From Candidatus Saccharimonadota bacterium (GTDB taxonomy: Archaea; Micrarchaeota; Micrarchaeia; Micrarchaeales; Micrarchaeaceae): a DNA stretch of 32,000 nucleotides. The notes under the pieces were generated by a model. That model saw only the letters and a list, made by a program, of their open reading frames with translations, did not search any database and was not told the DNA's origin. Of the stretch, positions 31,582-32,000 are shown one piece after another. Made by a program: the position numbers and the translations under genes. The DNA lies in assembly GCA_963705375.1 (NCBI GenBank), contig OY970071.1, forward strand, positions 360,001 to 392,000, read 5' to 3'. Positions within the stretch are counted from its first letter, which is position 1. Every line of letters starts with the position of its first letter.

Positions 31582-32000
31582 ATGGCAATAAACATCTATG
31601 AGCTCAAGCACTACAGGTTACTGTTAGTGATACCGATAATGCTGATGCTCATCGGGATATACTTCATACCGAAGATGCAGCTTGATTCCTCGCTGAAAGG
31701 AGGCATAAACCTTCAGCTGCAGACTAACGCCACGCTTGACGTTAGGCAGCTCACGACACAGATAGACTCCAAGATCCCAGGGGCGCAGGCCAGCGTCTCG
31801 ATAGCGCCGGGAGGCATCTCCGTGGTGATAGCGACAAATGCGAGCATAGCCGGCGCAGAGTCATCTCTGCTCGACATCTACAACACCTACGGCAACTATT
31901 CGAAGGCATCTGTCAACATCACAATGCTGCAGGGCGAGATAAATTCGCATCCTGACAACACGACGTTGCAGGGCAAGCTCTCCAATGCACAAACGGCACA
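31582..32000 (+). CDS. SecD/SecF-family protein-export membrane protein, N-terminal part (continues beyond the window)
   Basis: Own translation: MAINIYELKHYRLLLVIPIMLMLIGIYFIPKMQLDSSLKGGINLQLQTN... It has an N-terminal TM segment, then the L-x-GG-I-x-L block and an extracytoplasmic domain. There is no stop before nt 32000. Confidence 0.5.
   Translation, partial: MAINIYELKHYRLLLVIPIMLMLIGIYFIPKMQLDSSLKGGINLQLQTNATLDVRQLTTQIDSKIPGAQASVSIAPGGISVVIATNASIAGAESSLLDIYNTYGNYSKASVNITMLQGEINSHPDNTTLQGKLSNAQTA

Overview
The window is a 32-kb archaeal chromosomal segment. The archaeal call rests on TATA-type promoters, SecE/Sec61-gamma, a RIO kinase, class III (pilin-like) signal peptides and a BHB-type tRNA intron. 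The combination fits a small-genome DPANN/Micrarchaeota-like archaeon, but that is inference only. The housekeeping backbone is argS, nnr, a PPP phosphatase, a YchF/Obg-type GTPase, a SAM methyltransferase, an NFACT-R protein, secE, thiI, a RIO kinase and the start of a SecD/F-like gene. There are three tRNAs: Glu-CUC, Arg-CCU with a 37-nt intron inside the T-loop, and Leu-CAG. Accessory content falls into five parts. (i) Nt 1-4053 is a patchwork island abutting tRNA-Glu. It has a 66-bp att-like direct repeat, a tyrosine integrase killed by an in-frame TAA, three families of short dispersed repeats, and HExxH-peptidase and TraB/GumN-like cargo. (ii) Two paralogous giant surface proteins (647 and 1129 aa) share a pilin-like N-terminal module. 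Gly/Thr linkers follow it, then shuffled adhesin-type domains: a YWTD/NHL propeller, InlB-B-repeat-like units, a Kelch propeller, and a DUF2341/LamG-like region. This pair is the most unusual feature of the window. (iii) An IS4/IS5-superfamily IS has 17-bp inverted repeats and a 10-bp target duplication. (iv) An IS200/IS605 element has a frameshifted tnpA and an intact tnpB. (v) A gene-fragment graveyard lies next to tRNA-Leu. I saw no rRNA and no CRISPR array. All functional calls rest on motifs read by eye from the translations; no database search was possible.
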